Below, one piece after another: positions 1-12,110 of a DNA stretch of 64,000 nt. Below the pieces are notes generated by a model. It worked only from the letters and a program-made list of their open reading frames with translations, was not told the origin of the DNA and did no database searches. Source of the DNA: Antedon mediterranea (lineage: Eukaryota > Animalia > Echinodermata); assembly GCF_964355755.1 (NCBI RefSeq), contig NC_092673.1:22441648-22505647 (forward strand). Direction: 5' to 3'. A program made the position numbers and the translations under genes. The first letter of the stretch is position 1. The number at the start of each line of letters is the position of its first letter.

Positions 1-708
1 TTAATATTCTATACAATTTAAAATGTGGAAAAAAATCAGAACAAACTAAAAAATTCAAGAATACTAATTTTTTAAAGACATTTCATTGTTATTTTGTTAC
101 ACACTAAAAAAATTGTAAATTATTTACTACAGTATTAGTGTCTATTTATTAATACATTTCAGAACACCTTGCAATTGACTAAAAACAAATAGCAGTGATT
201 TGGATGGAATTGATTTTTGTATTGCGTCCGTATGGAGATGTTTATTGACAGTTAACAAAAGACATGGCTGGGTCGCAGGAGATTATCTGGCGAGCTATTC
301 AACAAAATCAATACTATATGCAGAATCACAGCACTCATGTACAGTGAAATTACTATGCAGAATTACAAAGAGTTTAATAATACAAAAGAAAATTTCACAG
401 TAATTTGTAATTAAAGCATTTAATGATTACTGTACATTTAGCCAGGGCTAGAAATTTACTAAAATTTATCCACTAGCAAACATTTCCTAGTTGTGCAAAA
501 TCTAACTAAAAAATGAACAACACAACTACTGTAATACTGTAGCAAGTAAGCAAATGTGTTGGTTAATTATTTGGAAGCAAAAGGTACACATTTTTATATG
601 TACAATTTAAATGAAGCACTACCATGTGCAGCATTTTATTAATTTTTGTATATGGTTTAAGTGAAAAAAAAACCATGCTTTTAAAATCATTTTATTGATT
701 GTGAATAC

Positions 709-834
709 CTTTAAACCAGCAGCATCTGACACAGAGTAGGCATCTATGCCAGTGATGTAAATTCCAAGACCAAACTCTAGGCCACCTCTGATCATCAACC
801 CTAGGCTTTGTCCATCTCCTATCACTAGATTCAC
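709..834 (-). CDS. WHRN: WHRN coding exon 3 (start of PDZ2)
   Basis: ttag|GTGAAT...TTAAAG|gtattc; 42 codons. Confidence 0.9.
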
Positions 835-3800
835 CTAAATTTAAAATGAAATCATTATACAGTATACTGTACTTAATTTTCCCTAATTAAAGTAGATTTA
901 TGTTGACCATCATCCACATTTATACTTACAGTAATTAATTATCTATAAAGAAATATTTTATATATTATTATTTGTGGAAAATCAATAAACAAACAAAAAC
1001 AAGTGAAGATAAAGGAATAAAATTGGTGCCTCCTTTTTTCAGTACAGCAAGTATTTAATTATAAGCAAAATGCTTCAAGAACACCAAACTTACAGTAAAA
1101 CGTTACTCAAGAAGATTTAGGTAAACAGTAATTTGTGACTGTCCAGTAACTAGTACTGTATTATAATTTTCATTGTAATTTTGATTGCAAGCCAATAATT
1201 GATTTGATTTGAATTTATTCGGAAGTACACAAAATACATTACAATTGGTAAACAAGAACAATTAAAACATACAGTACTGTAGTCTTCCATGGATAACCCA
1301 AAAAAGCCGGTAAATATCATTCCAGCTTATTTCCATTGGGGTCCATTATATACATACATACAAACAATAAAATATTAAACCAGTAAAACAATAAAACATA
1401 ACATATAAAAGCATACTGTATAAAATTGATTATTAAAATAATATTTCATGTCATTCTTTAAAATCTTATCTTATCCTCCGAATAATTCTACAGTAGTACA
1501 GTATGTGTAATTTGTAAACTTTAAACAATATTATGAAATTAATGTATTAATTTAAAACTACAGTAATTTGCTTAGTTATTATAAACAAACCTTTCTTTCA
1601 TCGCCGTCGTTTAAGAGATTAAGTCCGCTTCGTCTACCCTGTGATTCTGTCATCTGACCTTTTATAGCTGCTACATTAGGGGGTGGGGAAACACTTCTAC
1701 CTTGGGGATTAACCCAAGTGTATGTCTGATGTGAAACGTATGATCCAGGGACACGTCCAACAGAACTTATCACCATATTCAGCTTTTTAGCAGATTTAAG
1801 AATCTATATTTTTAATGAAAAATATTTTACAGTAATTAGAAAGAAAAAAAGAAAAAACTGAATGTTAAATACAGTATTGTTTAGAAATAATAAATACATT
1901 AATGAAAGAAGATTTTTTTTAATATGCCATTTTAATGTCACATAATAGTTATTCACTTTGACTAAAAACTGAACTGAACTAAAAACAAATTATTTTCCTG
2001 AAAAAATGTAATTTAACGCAAAAAATACCTAAATTGTCTGTCAATGTTTTTTTAAGTGAAATAATTATTTTTATTGATTTTTTTTCTACAGAAGTGAATA
2101 ACTGCAAAATGGCCTATTCAAAGTCTGATTTTATTAATCTTTATTTTTCAGGTTTTTGAAGGATAATACAGCTGTACATCTTTAATTAATTTAAAAAAAT
2201 TATTTCAACTAAAAAGATATTATACTGTATAGAAAGTACTATACTGTTGGGCTCTATTGTAAGAAAACAAACTTTAAACAAATCTACAGTCTGTAAAATA
2301 TAGATTAAAATTACGCTGTGGCTAAAGATACGGTACCGTATCCCAACTTCCGTTTGCTAAAGGTACGGTAAAATTACATTACGTCATAATCAGTCAATGG
2401 GGTGCTGGTACGTGTGTGAGTCATCGTATAAGGACTTGGGATTTTTTTTCATATCGCGAAATAAAAACAGTGATCAACTGGCGTGCGGCTTAACATTTTA
2501 TTTATGCTTCATTTAGCGCTATTATAAAATATCCCCGTCGTGTGACAAAAACTAAATGTAGCCTAGGCCTACGTCTGTTATTATGATAGGCCAAAACATG
2601 TTGATTTTAATTCTAGAATACAGAAATTTACCGTTTCAAAAGAGGTGACCACTACGTACTATAACCATGCTATAACCTATAGCCTCGGTATATGAGTTTG
2701 TTTGCCAGGCTGGGGCCAGCTGCATGTGTGTGATGATTTCTGTGACTAAGACCTGGGGCTAAGCCTATTGTCTAAATCATAGTATTTGAGGGTCCCTTTA
2801 TTGTCCGCATTTGCATTTTGTTTATGGTTACCATCTGTAAACAAAATTTATTAAAAAATATAGGCCTAAATAAGCCATTTGGAATAAAAATAAAACCCTC
2901 GTAGTAACTATGGACGAATGAACTAGACGCAACCAAAGAATATATATTCTTTGACGCAACACAATTTCCAACATTGAATTATAATTCCTTTACTTCTAAT
3001 TTGGCTATCAACATATTTCTACTGTAGTGTAGTGTATAATGTTGTATAATGAAATAATATTTGAGATTGAGTGCATGATTTAAACGCTTTATGTAACGTC
3101 CACCAACCCATGATCTTGCTCTATTACTACAGCATCGACGATTCTGGATTCAACATTGCTACGTCTAGCCCCGAGGCCGAGTCACAGAATCATCAGCGCA
3201 CACATCCATGCAGCCTGGCGCCGCAGATAGGCATTCTCTACAGACGCGATGTGAACAAAAATCCAAAGTCCTTATACAATGACGTCACACACGTACCAGC
3301 ACCCCTGGCTGATTATGACATAATGCAATTTTACCGTACCTTTAGTAGACGGAAGTTAGGATACGGCCACGGCGTTAAAATTAAATAGAAAAGGGATAGT
3401 AATTAATATAAGAAATCATTGTACAGTATCTGTATTTTCATAACAATTAAGAGGAATAAGCTGATTGATGTAATCAGAGTGTTGTGAACAAAAGGATGGA
3501 CAGTAGAATGGTAACAATAACCCTTAACTGTACAACAAATCTATTGAGGCAAGAACATCACTAATTTATGTAGGAATACTGTCTCAAGTGTATTTTGCAT
3601 ACTGTAGCTGGTACAATATTGTACTCTACAGTACTACAGTATATAGAAATGTGTGCAATTATTTATGCAATGCATAAGACTGTTTTTAAGGATGTACTTA
3701 ACAAATGGTTGGAATGTAATTCAATATTTTAAAACTATATTCAAAGGGGGATGTGGATACACAAAAACTAAACACTGTTTTAATAATAATATATTGTTTT

Positions 3801-4912
3801 TTTTTTCTTTCTAAAAATCATTACTGTATTTATCATACATTTTGCAAATCACTTTTATTTGCTGCAGAAATGTGCTGTCTATGGATGATGTAATTAAAAA
3901 AAAAGACTGATACTGTAATTTTATTTTCAAGTATGGAAAAGATCATAATAATTACTGTAAAAACAATTTTTTTTGCGAAATATTCACCCAATTTAAAAAA
4001 AAAACTTATTTTTTCAGAAGCAATTCCAAATAATTTTGTTTAATTGACGCAATAAAAATGTTTTATATTACTGTTCATTCATTTTGATGTTTTTATTTCG
4101 TACTAATTTTCATACATTTAAAAAAGTGTGCATCCCACTGTAATAAAAAACCATAACAGAATAAAGAATATTTATTATGGCGTTTAAATTTGACAGTACT
4201 GCCATACCTTAACTGCCTCGTCATGTCTGATTTTTTCAAATGACGCATCATTTACAGACAGTAATTGGTCTCCGGTTTGTAATCCTCGTTCTTCCGCAAG
4301 ACTCCCTGCGTCAACTTTAGAAATAAAAATTCCAACACCATGTTCAGCACCACCTCGGATACTAAATCCCAATCCCTCATTTTCCTGTTTATTTTTTTTC
4401 AATATAATCCTGTGGATGTTCGTATGAACATTCTGTTGAGGTAGACCCGATTGTGAAGATGCCTTGCGGATAGTTTTTCCATGTGGTTCAATCAATGGTT
4501 GCCGATTCTGAACCACCTGTTGAGTCCTATTCGGCAATGTATTGTAGTTTCTAGTATTGTAACTGTTGTTGTTAACTGTTCTATCATTTTTTACTTGCTG
4601 TACTTCGGTAATTTGCCAAAACAATGCTTGATCAGAACTAGGAACCACTTTTCCCAGCAATAAATACAATCTCTGTTTCTCTGTTGTGTTAAGAATCGTC
4701 TTTAAATTTTGTACTAACGAGTACACATTTCTTTTAGAATGATAATCATTCAGAGCATCAACAAAGAAAGCTCTTTCATCCTCATTTAAAACTGCAGTTA
4801 GTTCCTCATTCAATCGCCTCACGTTAGTGGATAACGTGCGGGAATTGGCAGACTGTTGCCTGTTGTGACCGTGCTTCGATCGCGGCCTCGGAACAGGTTG
4901 TTGAAGAGACAT
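709..4912 (-). CDS. WHRN: Whirlin (DFNB31), 5' part; coding exons 4208-4912, 1591-1803, 709-834; continues beyond window start
   Basis: N-terminal harmonin-homology domain (STNVRRLNEELTAVL...YHSKRNVYSLV...PSSDQALF), PDZ1 (GLGFSIRGGAEHGVGIF), whirlin linker (TYTWVNPQGRSVSPP) and PDZ2 (SLGLMIRGGLEFGLGIYITG). All three introns start with GT in phase 0; the two fully in the window end in AG. Confidence 0.93.
1200..1480 (-). mobile_element. 3' end remnant of a CR1/L2-superfamily LINE
   Basis: (GATTT)n tail on + followed by 'ttccatggataaccc...cttatttccattggggtcc'; a related fragment lies near 46555-46610. Confidence 0.45.
1591..1803 (-). CDS. WHRN: WHRN coding exon 2
   Basis: tag|ATTCTTAAA...AGAAAG|gtttgt; 71 codons ILKSAKKLNMVISSVGRVPG...DGDERK. 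Confidence 0.9.
2314..3374. mobile_element. Non-autonomous DNA transposon with long TIRs, Mutator/MULE-like
   Basis: About 140-bp imperfect terminal inverted repeats (cgctgtggc.../...gccacggcg); perfect 9-bp TSD TTAAAATTA at 2305-2313 and 3375-3383; no coding capacity. Confidence 0.8.
2927..2960. mobile_element. Probable transposon excision footprint (P-element-like)
   Basis: ACGCAAC + perfect 20-bp palindrome CAAAGAATATATATTCTTTG + ACGCAAC. Confidence 0.55.
4208..4912 (-). CDS. WHRN: WHRN coding exon 1 (harmonin-homology domain + PDZ1)
   Basis: ATG at 4912; 235 codons; donor AAG|gtatgg. Confidence 0.92.
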
Positions 4913-4949
4913 CTTGTCATGACGGATAAAAACACGTTTTCCAAAAACA

Positions 4950-5585
4950 AAACAGCCTCTTTACCTACCCTAATCGGTCCTAGATTGTAACTTAACTCCT
5001 ATTACATATTTTGATATAACGTGAAAACGATCGTGATCGTCTAAACGTGTGATTTCGCTAATTTATTATGTTATTCTACTCCGTTTGACGTCCACTACTC
5101 CACGAAAACATTGGTATTTCTCACGCATACATTTCGCGCACAATATGGCTACCAAATTATCGATCGGTGATTGGTCATGTACGTAAGTGCCTGTAAACAA
5201 AGGTTTTTTACTGTAAATTAATTTTTTCAATATTGTTTTGATCAAAATACAAACATGAACCGTGGTATAATAAATATGAAACCAATTGCAACAGTTAGAC
5301 TAAATCTGATCTGATATAACTCTTTTCTTTTACAACAAATCATTAATTCTGTTTCCTTGTCAACGTCTCATTTGCATATCAAAAAGAGGAAATTGTTGCA
5401 ACGCCGACGATCAACTGTTGGCGGAAGTGCAATTTGATAAATTTGTTCAGAAAATTAAGCATGTGTGAAATACAAAAGAAAATACTCTGTTTACAAACTA
5501 ATTGGCGAACAACAAATGTAATATATAACAAGAAGTCGGCCTAATTCTTTTCATCCAATAATTTTGTTATACACGTGACAATTGT
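4950..5585. promoter_or_regulatory. Putative (possibly bidirectional) promoter region between WHRN and the AKNA-like gene
   Basis: CpG-richer than flanks; TTTCGCGC (5132), ATTGG (5170), TGTAAACA (5192), X-box-like GTTTCCTTGTCAAC (5351-5364), ATTTGCAT (5370), CGGAAGTG (5422); + strand donor-like att|gtaagt at 5583. Confidence 0.5.
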
Positions 5586-5614
5586 AAGTTTATTAATTCT
5601 TGAATAAATTCTAT

Positions 5615-5830
5615 TAAGCCTAGCTACTAGGACATAGGCCCTAGGCCTAGGCTACTACTACTAGCTAGCTAGGCTACTAGGCCTAGCCTAGTAGGCCTAT
5701 TAAGTATTATCCCATCATGATGAGATGATGCTGCTTGGCGGCTAGGCTAGCTAGGCTGCACTGCACACTGTCATAGATATAAGGCTCTAGGCCTAGCCTA
5801 GTTGTAGTAGCTGTGCGTTAGGCCTAGCTT
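5615..5830. repeat. Low-complexity (AGGCCT/CTAG)-rich stretch
   Basis: Dense ctaggcctag/gctagc iterations. Confidence 0.6.
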
Positions 5831-6684
5831 ATATATAATAGGGCTACAGTAGCTGGGATAATTTGGGAAGTGTACAATGTTATTTTATGCGCAATTTGAA
5901 CGGGAATTGCACAAGGTCCAGGATATATTTTTTGCAGACTTATTTTGTTGAGTGTCAGTAAAAAGGATTTATAAATTTGTCAGTCCAATTACAATTGACA
6001 TATTTTATTTACAAAACAGATTTGTACCTCTCATAAATGTTTGCCATATTTATGTGTACCTGTAAACCGATTAAAAACTAATCTTCTCTGTAAGTAAAAC
6101 AAAGTTTCAAGGGTTCCTCTGCAACTATTGTGGGACATACTGTAGTGAATCGCTTGAGTCTGCCCCGGTAAAGAACCAATAACAAAGAACAAGATCTCCA
6201 ATGCTTCTATAAGTTTAGTGTTTATTTAATGAAATGAACATAGCTTTACATTGGAAGTTGGCTCAGTTCACTGGTTCATTTTAAATTTTGCAAATTTTTA
6301 ATTTATACACCTACCATATTTGTCGTCAACTTTAAATCTTAATATTTTACTGATAATAACCACATCAGTAATAATTAACACATCAGTAATAATTAACAAT
6401 TTGAAAAAAAATCAAATTTATTGAAGGTATTAATGAAATACCAAGGTACAAGTATTGATTACTGTAATAATTATAGTGGATTATGTGTGTCTGATGAGAT
6501 GCCTATTTCTGGAGTTTAACAAAAGATAGACTGTTTCCATTGTCAATGTCACTAGTCTCAGAGATAATACTTTAGTTTACTAGCAATTATTCAAGTTGTT
6601 ACTGTAATATTGATTTGTACAGACTTTGTCTCTTTACATTTGAATTTAGTCTGACTTCAAATTTGCATGATTTTTGTAACTGAA

Positions 6685-6900
6685 GTGGAGCTGTAGCTTG
6701 GTGGTAAACATGTTTGCCTTCCAATCCCAAGGTCCAGGGTTCAATCCTGACCTAGTGCCAGGGTTCAATCCTGACCTAGTGCCAGGGTTGTAACTCGAGA
6801 CTTTTTCAACACCACTCCCTGAGCTTCAAATGAAGCTTAGTTTATAAGCATGATAAATTATAAAATAGTTTCCATCCTGTAATTGGTGAATTACTTGCTG
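6685..6900 (+). mobile_element. tRNA-derived SINE (tRNA-Gly(TCC)-like head)
   Basis: A-box tagcttggtggt, gccttccaatc, B-box ggttcaatcc with a local duplication; second copy at about 32965-33130 shares the body; fragment at about 53388. Confidence 0.7.
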
Positions 6901-6978
6901 TTGGATATGTATGAAATTTAAAAAAAATATTTTAAAAACTGCACCAAAAAAAATGCTTTAAAAAGGAACGATGTTTTA

Positions 6979-7136
6979 AGCCTTGTCTACACTATCAAAC
7001 TTATGTGACAACAAAATCTGATATGCCCATATATGGACATGATGATGTCATACACTACCATATTTGGGCATATCACTACCACATTTGTTGCACATCACAC
7101 TTTTTGTCAAACTAGTTTGATAGTGTAGACAGAGCT
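6979..7136. mobile_element. PIF/Harbinger-type MITE (family A)
   Basis: TIR ag(c)tctgtctacactatcaaact / agtttgatagtgtagacagagct; TTA TSD; internal atatcactaccatatttgggc repeats. Confidence 0.8.
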
Positions 7137-7803
7137 TTAGGATATGGCAATTAATGTTCAATTTATTATGACTCATTCTTGATTTGAGAATTTTACTGAT
7201 TAGAAATGTGTTAATTATATTATTATTGCTAGTATTTGTAATCCACTCATTCATAATGTTGCAGAAAGATTTAAACATCCTTAATAATCCTGTATCCATA
7301 ATTAATTATCCTAATCCTATTGTTTTTCAATTGGCTGATTATTGTACTGTAGTAGGTTGGTTTAAAACACTAGTAGTAGTAGTGTACTGTAGTGAAAATT
7401 GTTTAGTTTGATTAATTACAAGTGCATTTGTATAGTATGTGTCTGTGTACAGAAAGTACAGTATACAGTATAACTACAGTACATAACGTATTAAAAGAAG
7501 TACGTTTTATTATTAAACCTAGAGCAAAAAAAATGTCTCTTTGCACTATGTACTGTAGTTTTTTGTGCAGTATAGCAATGAAAACTTGTAAACTTCTTGG
7601 TGATCCCATATTAAACTCCACAGCAGGGGGTAACCCAAAGGTAACATTCCTCAGAGAAGGTGAAATAATAATGATGTCCTAATGTTGGTAATCATCTTTC
7701 CTGAAAACCTATTTTGTATGGTGTTTAGATTATTTAATATTAAAAATAATAAAATGTAGCAAAACAATTTAATAAAGTTGAAATAAATAATTTAATGACC
7801 TAA

Positions 7804-7935
7804 AGCTCTGTCTACACAAACTAGTTTTGACAAAAATATGTGATTTGCCCAAATATGGTAGTGATATGGTTAAATATGGTAGTGATATGTCGTCATCACA
7901 TATTTTACACAAAAATAATGTTTGATAGTGTAGAC
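7804..7935. mobile_element. Harbinger-type MITE family A copy
   Basis: Same TIRs as 6979-7136. Confidence 0.7.
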
Positions 7936-8285
7936 TGTACTTTGTGCTTTGTTCAGGCATACCAAAGTATGATGGTTTTTTTTTTAAATCTCAAAATAGA
8001 CATAAAGATTTTCTTTATTTCCATACACACTATTTCTGCATTTTAAACAACTTCATAATATTAAGAATTATATAAAACAAACCCTCTTGTTTTTGTCACA
8101 GTATGCCAAATATATTAACCTGTAAGGCTCATTATTGGTGTCAATAATTTTAAAACTACTTCTGTACTATATTTAATTAAACTGTTGCAGTTGTTCTTCC
8201 ATTAACAAAATTAATATTAATCTTGCAATAGTCTCACTGTATTGTGCCAAGATTTTTCATTTTCTTTTGTTTGTAGTATTACAGT

Positions 8286-8959
8286 CCCGGGGGGGTCACT
8301 CTTAAATATTTCCATACGGGGAGGTGCCGCATTTACGGGTATATTTTCGAGGGCCTGGTAGCACAAGTGTGGGAAATTATAGAGAATTGGTAGCACAAGT
8401 GTGGGAAATGACAGGGTGAAATTAGTAGTTTAAGTCCCTGGCCCGCCCACCCGTGTCAAAATGTTACGATTTATCGCCAAATTTTGCAGGTATTTTAGCA
8501 TAATGGATGCTATAAGCCCGGCTATATAAACCCATCGCTATACCTTTGAATAGGCATAGAGTTTTCGCATCAGCAGAAGAACACGAAACATAGCCTAGGA
8601 CAAAATCATTCAACTGTGACCACTCTTGACTCTTGAGATCATCGTCTCGTCATGCACCGGCCGCCGCGGACGAGCGATAAACTTGTCAAAACACGTTCGT
8701 GATTTTGCCATGAACGGTCTCTTTGGGCATGCGCAAATCATGCCGGGAACCAGTACAAATATTGCGCCCTCTCTGGCGTGGCCTTGTTTCTGGTCTGCCG
8801 TCTTTTTAGAGAACACTGGATTTTTATTTGGTAAATGGTAGTTCAAGTCCGTAGTATTTTTCAGTAAAACAGGTAGCGCAAGTGCCTCATGTCTTGAAGT
8901 GGCTGCTGCACCCCCTCCCCGTTTGGTTTATATACAATTGACCCCCCCCCCCCCCCCGG
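8286..8959. mobile_element. Non-autonomous DNA element with CCGG(G)n/(C)nGG termini
   Basis: Starts cccggggggg, ends cccccccgg; 8-bp direct repeat ATTACAGT at 8278-8285 and 8960-8967; GC-richer than flanks. Confidence 0.7.
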
Positions 8960-11019
8960 ATTACAGTACACTACAAAAACTTGCTTAATAGTTTAAACCT
9001 TTTTTACACTCTTGGTTGAGTGATATTGTGGTAAAACACAAGCAAATAACAAGTGAAAGCTTTGTACCTTTAGGCTTTCAATGTTGAACAATACATACTA
9101 TACCTACTGCATTACAATGGCTATACTTTAACGGAATTCAAAGGTTTAAAATCAAATCTATTGTTAATTGGATTTGGTCCATGGAAAGTTGCTAGTGGTA
9201 ACAGTACATACAATTCACCATGCATTTTTTAGACTGCATCTATTGGCTTTAGTAAATTCCCATTTTCAGTATTTGTCCAATTTAATAGGACTATTATTAC
9301 TGTACTACTCTCTGTTATACAATGTTATACAGGTACATGCTATGCTAAACTACAGTGCAGAATACTAGTTAACGTTTTAGTGTGTAAACAGATATTTTCA
9401 AGATCTTTTTTGGTAAGCAATCTTGTTTGCAATATAACTTTACTGATTACAGATACTGTGATTAAATTAAATACACTTTTGGACTTTGAAAGTTTGTATA
9501 AAACTACTGTGTTTGTTTTACTATTATTACCAGCATTTGTACTTGACTGCAAATTCACTCTTTGACATTAACATTCATGTCACTGTTTATGTCAGTCAGT
9601 GTTTAATTGTAATGCTCTGTGTTAACAACATGCACTAAAAAGTAATTGCTGTTTTATAATCTGTTGTCAGTCATTTCTAATACATTCAATATTAAACGCA
9701 ATCATATTGAGCTTAGAACTTAATGACAATAACAAAATGTATAGTAGTTTGTGTAGTTGGTTGTAGTTTACTGGCAAATGGAACATTGTATTTAAACCAT
9801 CTTATGCAAAGGTTTTGTCATTTGAGTATGCTTTACCTGGGAACAGGTGGCTTGTCATCTTTTCCATGTGTATTACCTTTTGACATTCACTAATGGTTGT
9901 CAGGAGGTTAGAGGTTTGCTATGCTTACTTGTATAATAACAGTATGCTAAATGACAGTAAGTAAATAATAATGGCAACATAGTCTAAAATATCAACAAGG
10001 TGTGTATTTAGTTAAAGATTGATAAAATCAGACTTTAAATACTGTAGGTCATTAGTCATAGTTTTAATATAAACAAGAAATATTTCTTACAAAAAACGCT
10101 GCTCGCTTATTGAAAAATATTTTTTATTTCAAATGTTTTTGAATGTGTCATTTTATTGTCACATAATAGATAGTTATTTTACCTGAAAAAATGTAATTTA
10201 AAGCAACAAATACTTAAATTGTCTGTCAGACAATGGTTTTTGGGTTTCTTTTCATTTTTATGTGAATAAATATTACTTTTTTGTTACAGAAGTGAATACT
10301 CAATTTCTGTCACTTTAGTTAATTTTATTGCTAAGGTCAAATCTGGGGGTCACTTCATCACCCTAGATATTTCAATTGTGAAGTATCCTATTACAAACAC
10401 AAACTTTAATGGACTGTTTCAATAATAATTCAATGAATATCTGACACTGACAGTGAATATAGGGATTTGTAATTTTAGCATGACATGTCCTAATAGACTC
10501 TTTCCCAGCCGTTTTTTGGGTCTACTGTAGCAGCTGGAATCAATAAATCATAGTGGAGTTTCCATTTTCACAAAACTGTCTGTCCTTAGAACTATAACTG
10601 CTGCTTGCTTTAGCTTCTGATTGAGTAGTCCTAATGGGACGTAGCGGGCTAGAGCAGCAGCGTGAAAAGTTAATCACTGAGTTCTGGTCAAGCCTTTTTT
10701 GTGTTACATTGTAGATTAGAAGTATATTATTTAATATTAACAGTTAACAAGCTACAGTATTTAAATAAATGCAAAGCTATTGTACTTTAAATTTAATACC
10801 ATCTACTGTATTTACTTGTTAGAAATGTACAGTATATTGTTGTTCTGTGTATATTTGTTGTGTATAATTGTACTGATACCTCTACTGTATATATTTTACT
10901 GTGTGTTACTGTGTATATTGTATTGTATACAGTATTGTACTGTCTATTGTCTATGTCTATATCTCTATGCTTGTTAGCACTGTATATTGCACTGTGTAAT
11001 ATTGTACTACTGTACTGTG

Positions 11020-11517
11020 TACAGTATATTGTACTGTGTACAGTATCGTGTACTGTGCATTGTACTGTGTACAGTATCGTGTACTGTATCGTGTACTGTG
11101 CATTGTACTGTGTACAGTATCGTGTACTGTGCATTGTACTGTGTACAGTATCGTGTACTGTGCATTGTACTGTGTACAGTATCGTGTACTGTGCATTGTA
11201 CTGTGTACAGTATCGTGTACTGTGCATTGTACTGTGTACAGTATCGTGTACTGTGCATTGTACTGTGTACAGTATCGTGTACTGTGCATTGTACTGTGTA
11301 CAGTATCGTGTACTGTGCATTGTACTGTGTACAGTATCGTGTACTGTGCATTGTACTGTGTACAGTATCGTGTACTGTGCATTGTACTGTGTACAGTATC
11401 GTGTACTGTGCATTGTACTGTGTACAGTATCGTGTACTGTGCATTGTACTGTGTACAGTATCGTGTACTGTGTATTGTACTGTGTACAGTATCGTGTACT
11501 GTGCATTGTACTGTGTA
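11020..11517. repeat. 31-bp minisatellite, about 15 near-perfect copies (TGTACTGTGCATTGTACTGTGTACAGTATCG)
   Basis: Directly visible; preceded by degenerate tgtactg-rich sequence from about 10780; explains the six overlapping ORFs. Confidence 0.95.
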
Positions 11518-11789
11518 TATTTTCATTGATACGCTTTATAAAAACAGGAAACGGAAGGATATACGATTCGTTTGTAATCTATGCCAGTGAATGAGGTGAT
11601 CGATTGCAATGTAGTAATAAGTAATTAGTGTTGTGTTAAGAGTTTTGAAATTAAGAAAAATCAGTTCAAATATGTTTTAAAATATTAAATTATAGGAATA
11701 ATACTGAATAATATAATATTTTAATTAAATACAACAACATACAGTAATTTTATGCAAAAGGTATGACCTTAAGTGCATTCTGTATTTCT

Positions 11790-12110
11790 CTATCATCGTA
11801 CACAAGTACAGTAATACTTTTTTAAATACTGTATCCAATTATCTTATATTAAATACAGTAGGCCTGAGTGATGACCTATTCCATGCAATAGTGTTAATGT
11901 CTTTCCCGTATGTATTACTATATAATTATTTAAATCATACATATTTTGAACAAATTCTCTATCATACTCAAGTAACACTTTTTTAAATACTGTATCCAAC
12001 TATCTTATATTAAATACAGTCCTAAGTGATGACCTATTCCATGCAATAGTGTTAATGTCTTTCCCGTATGTATACAGTGGACATAATTTAAATCATACAT
12101 ATTTGGAACA
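11790..12110. repeat. Direct tandem duplication of about 160-170 bp
   Basis: 'tttaaatactgtatccaa...gtgatgacctattccatgcaatagtgttaatgtctttcccgtatgtat' occurs twice. Confidence 0.8.

Noticed and set aside
3071-3388. 105-aa ORF (and similar short ORFs at 8610-8846, 49280-49582, 54803-55138)
   Set aside because: They overlap TE or repeat sequence or are antisense to exons, with no recognisable protein motifs
6685-6780. tRNA-Gly-like gene
   Set aside because: No complete cloverleaf or acceptor stem; shares a downstream body with 32963-33130, so it is a SINE head
10780-11594. Six overlapping 145-244 aa ORFs rich in C/Y/T/V
   Set aside because: Artefact of a stop-free 31-bp minisatellite
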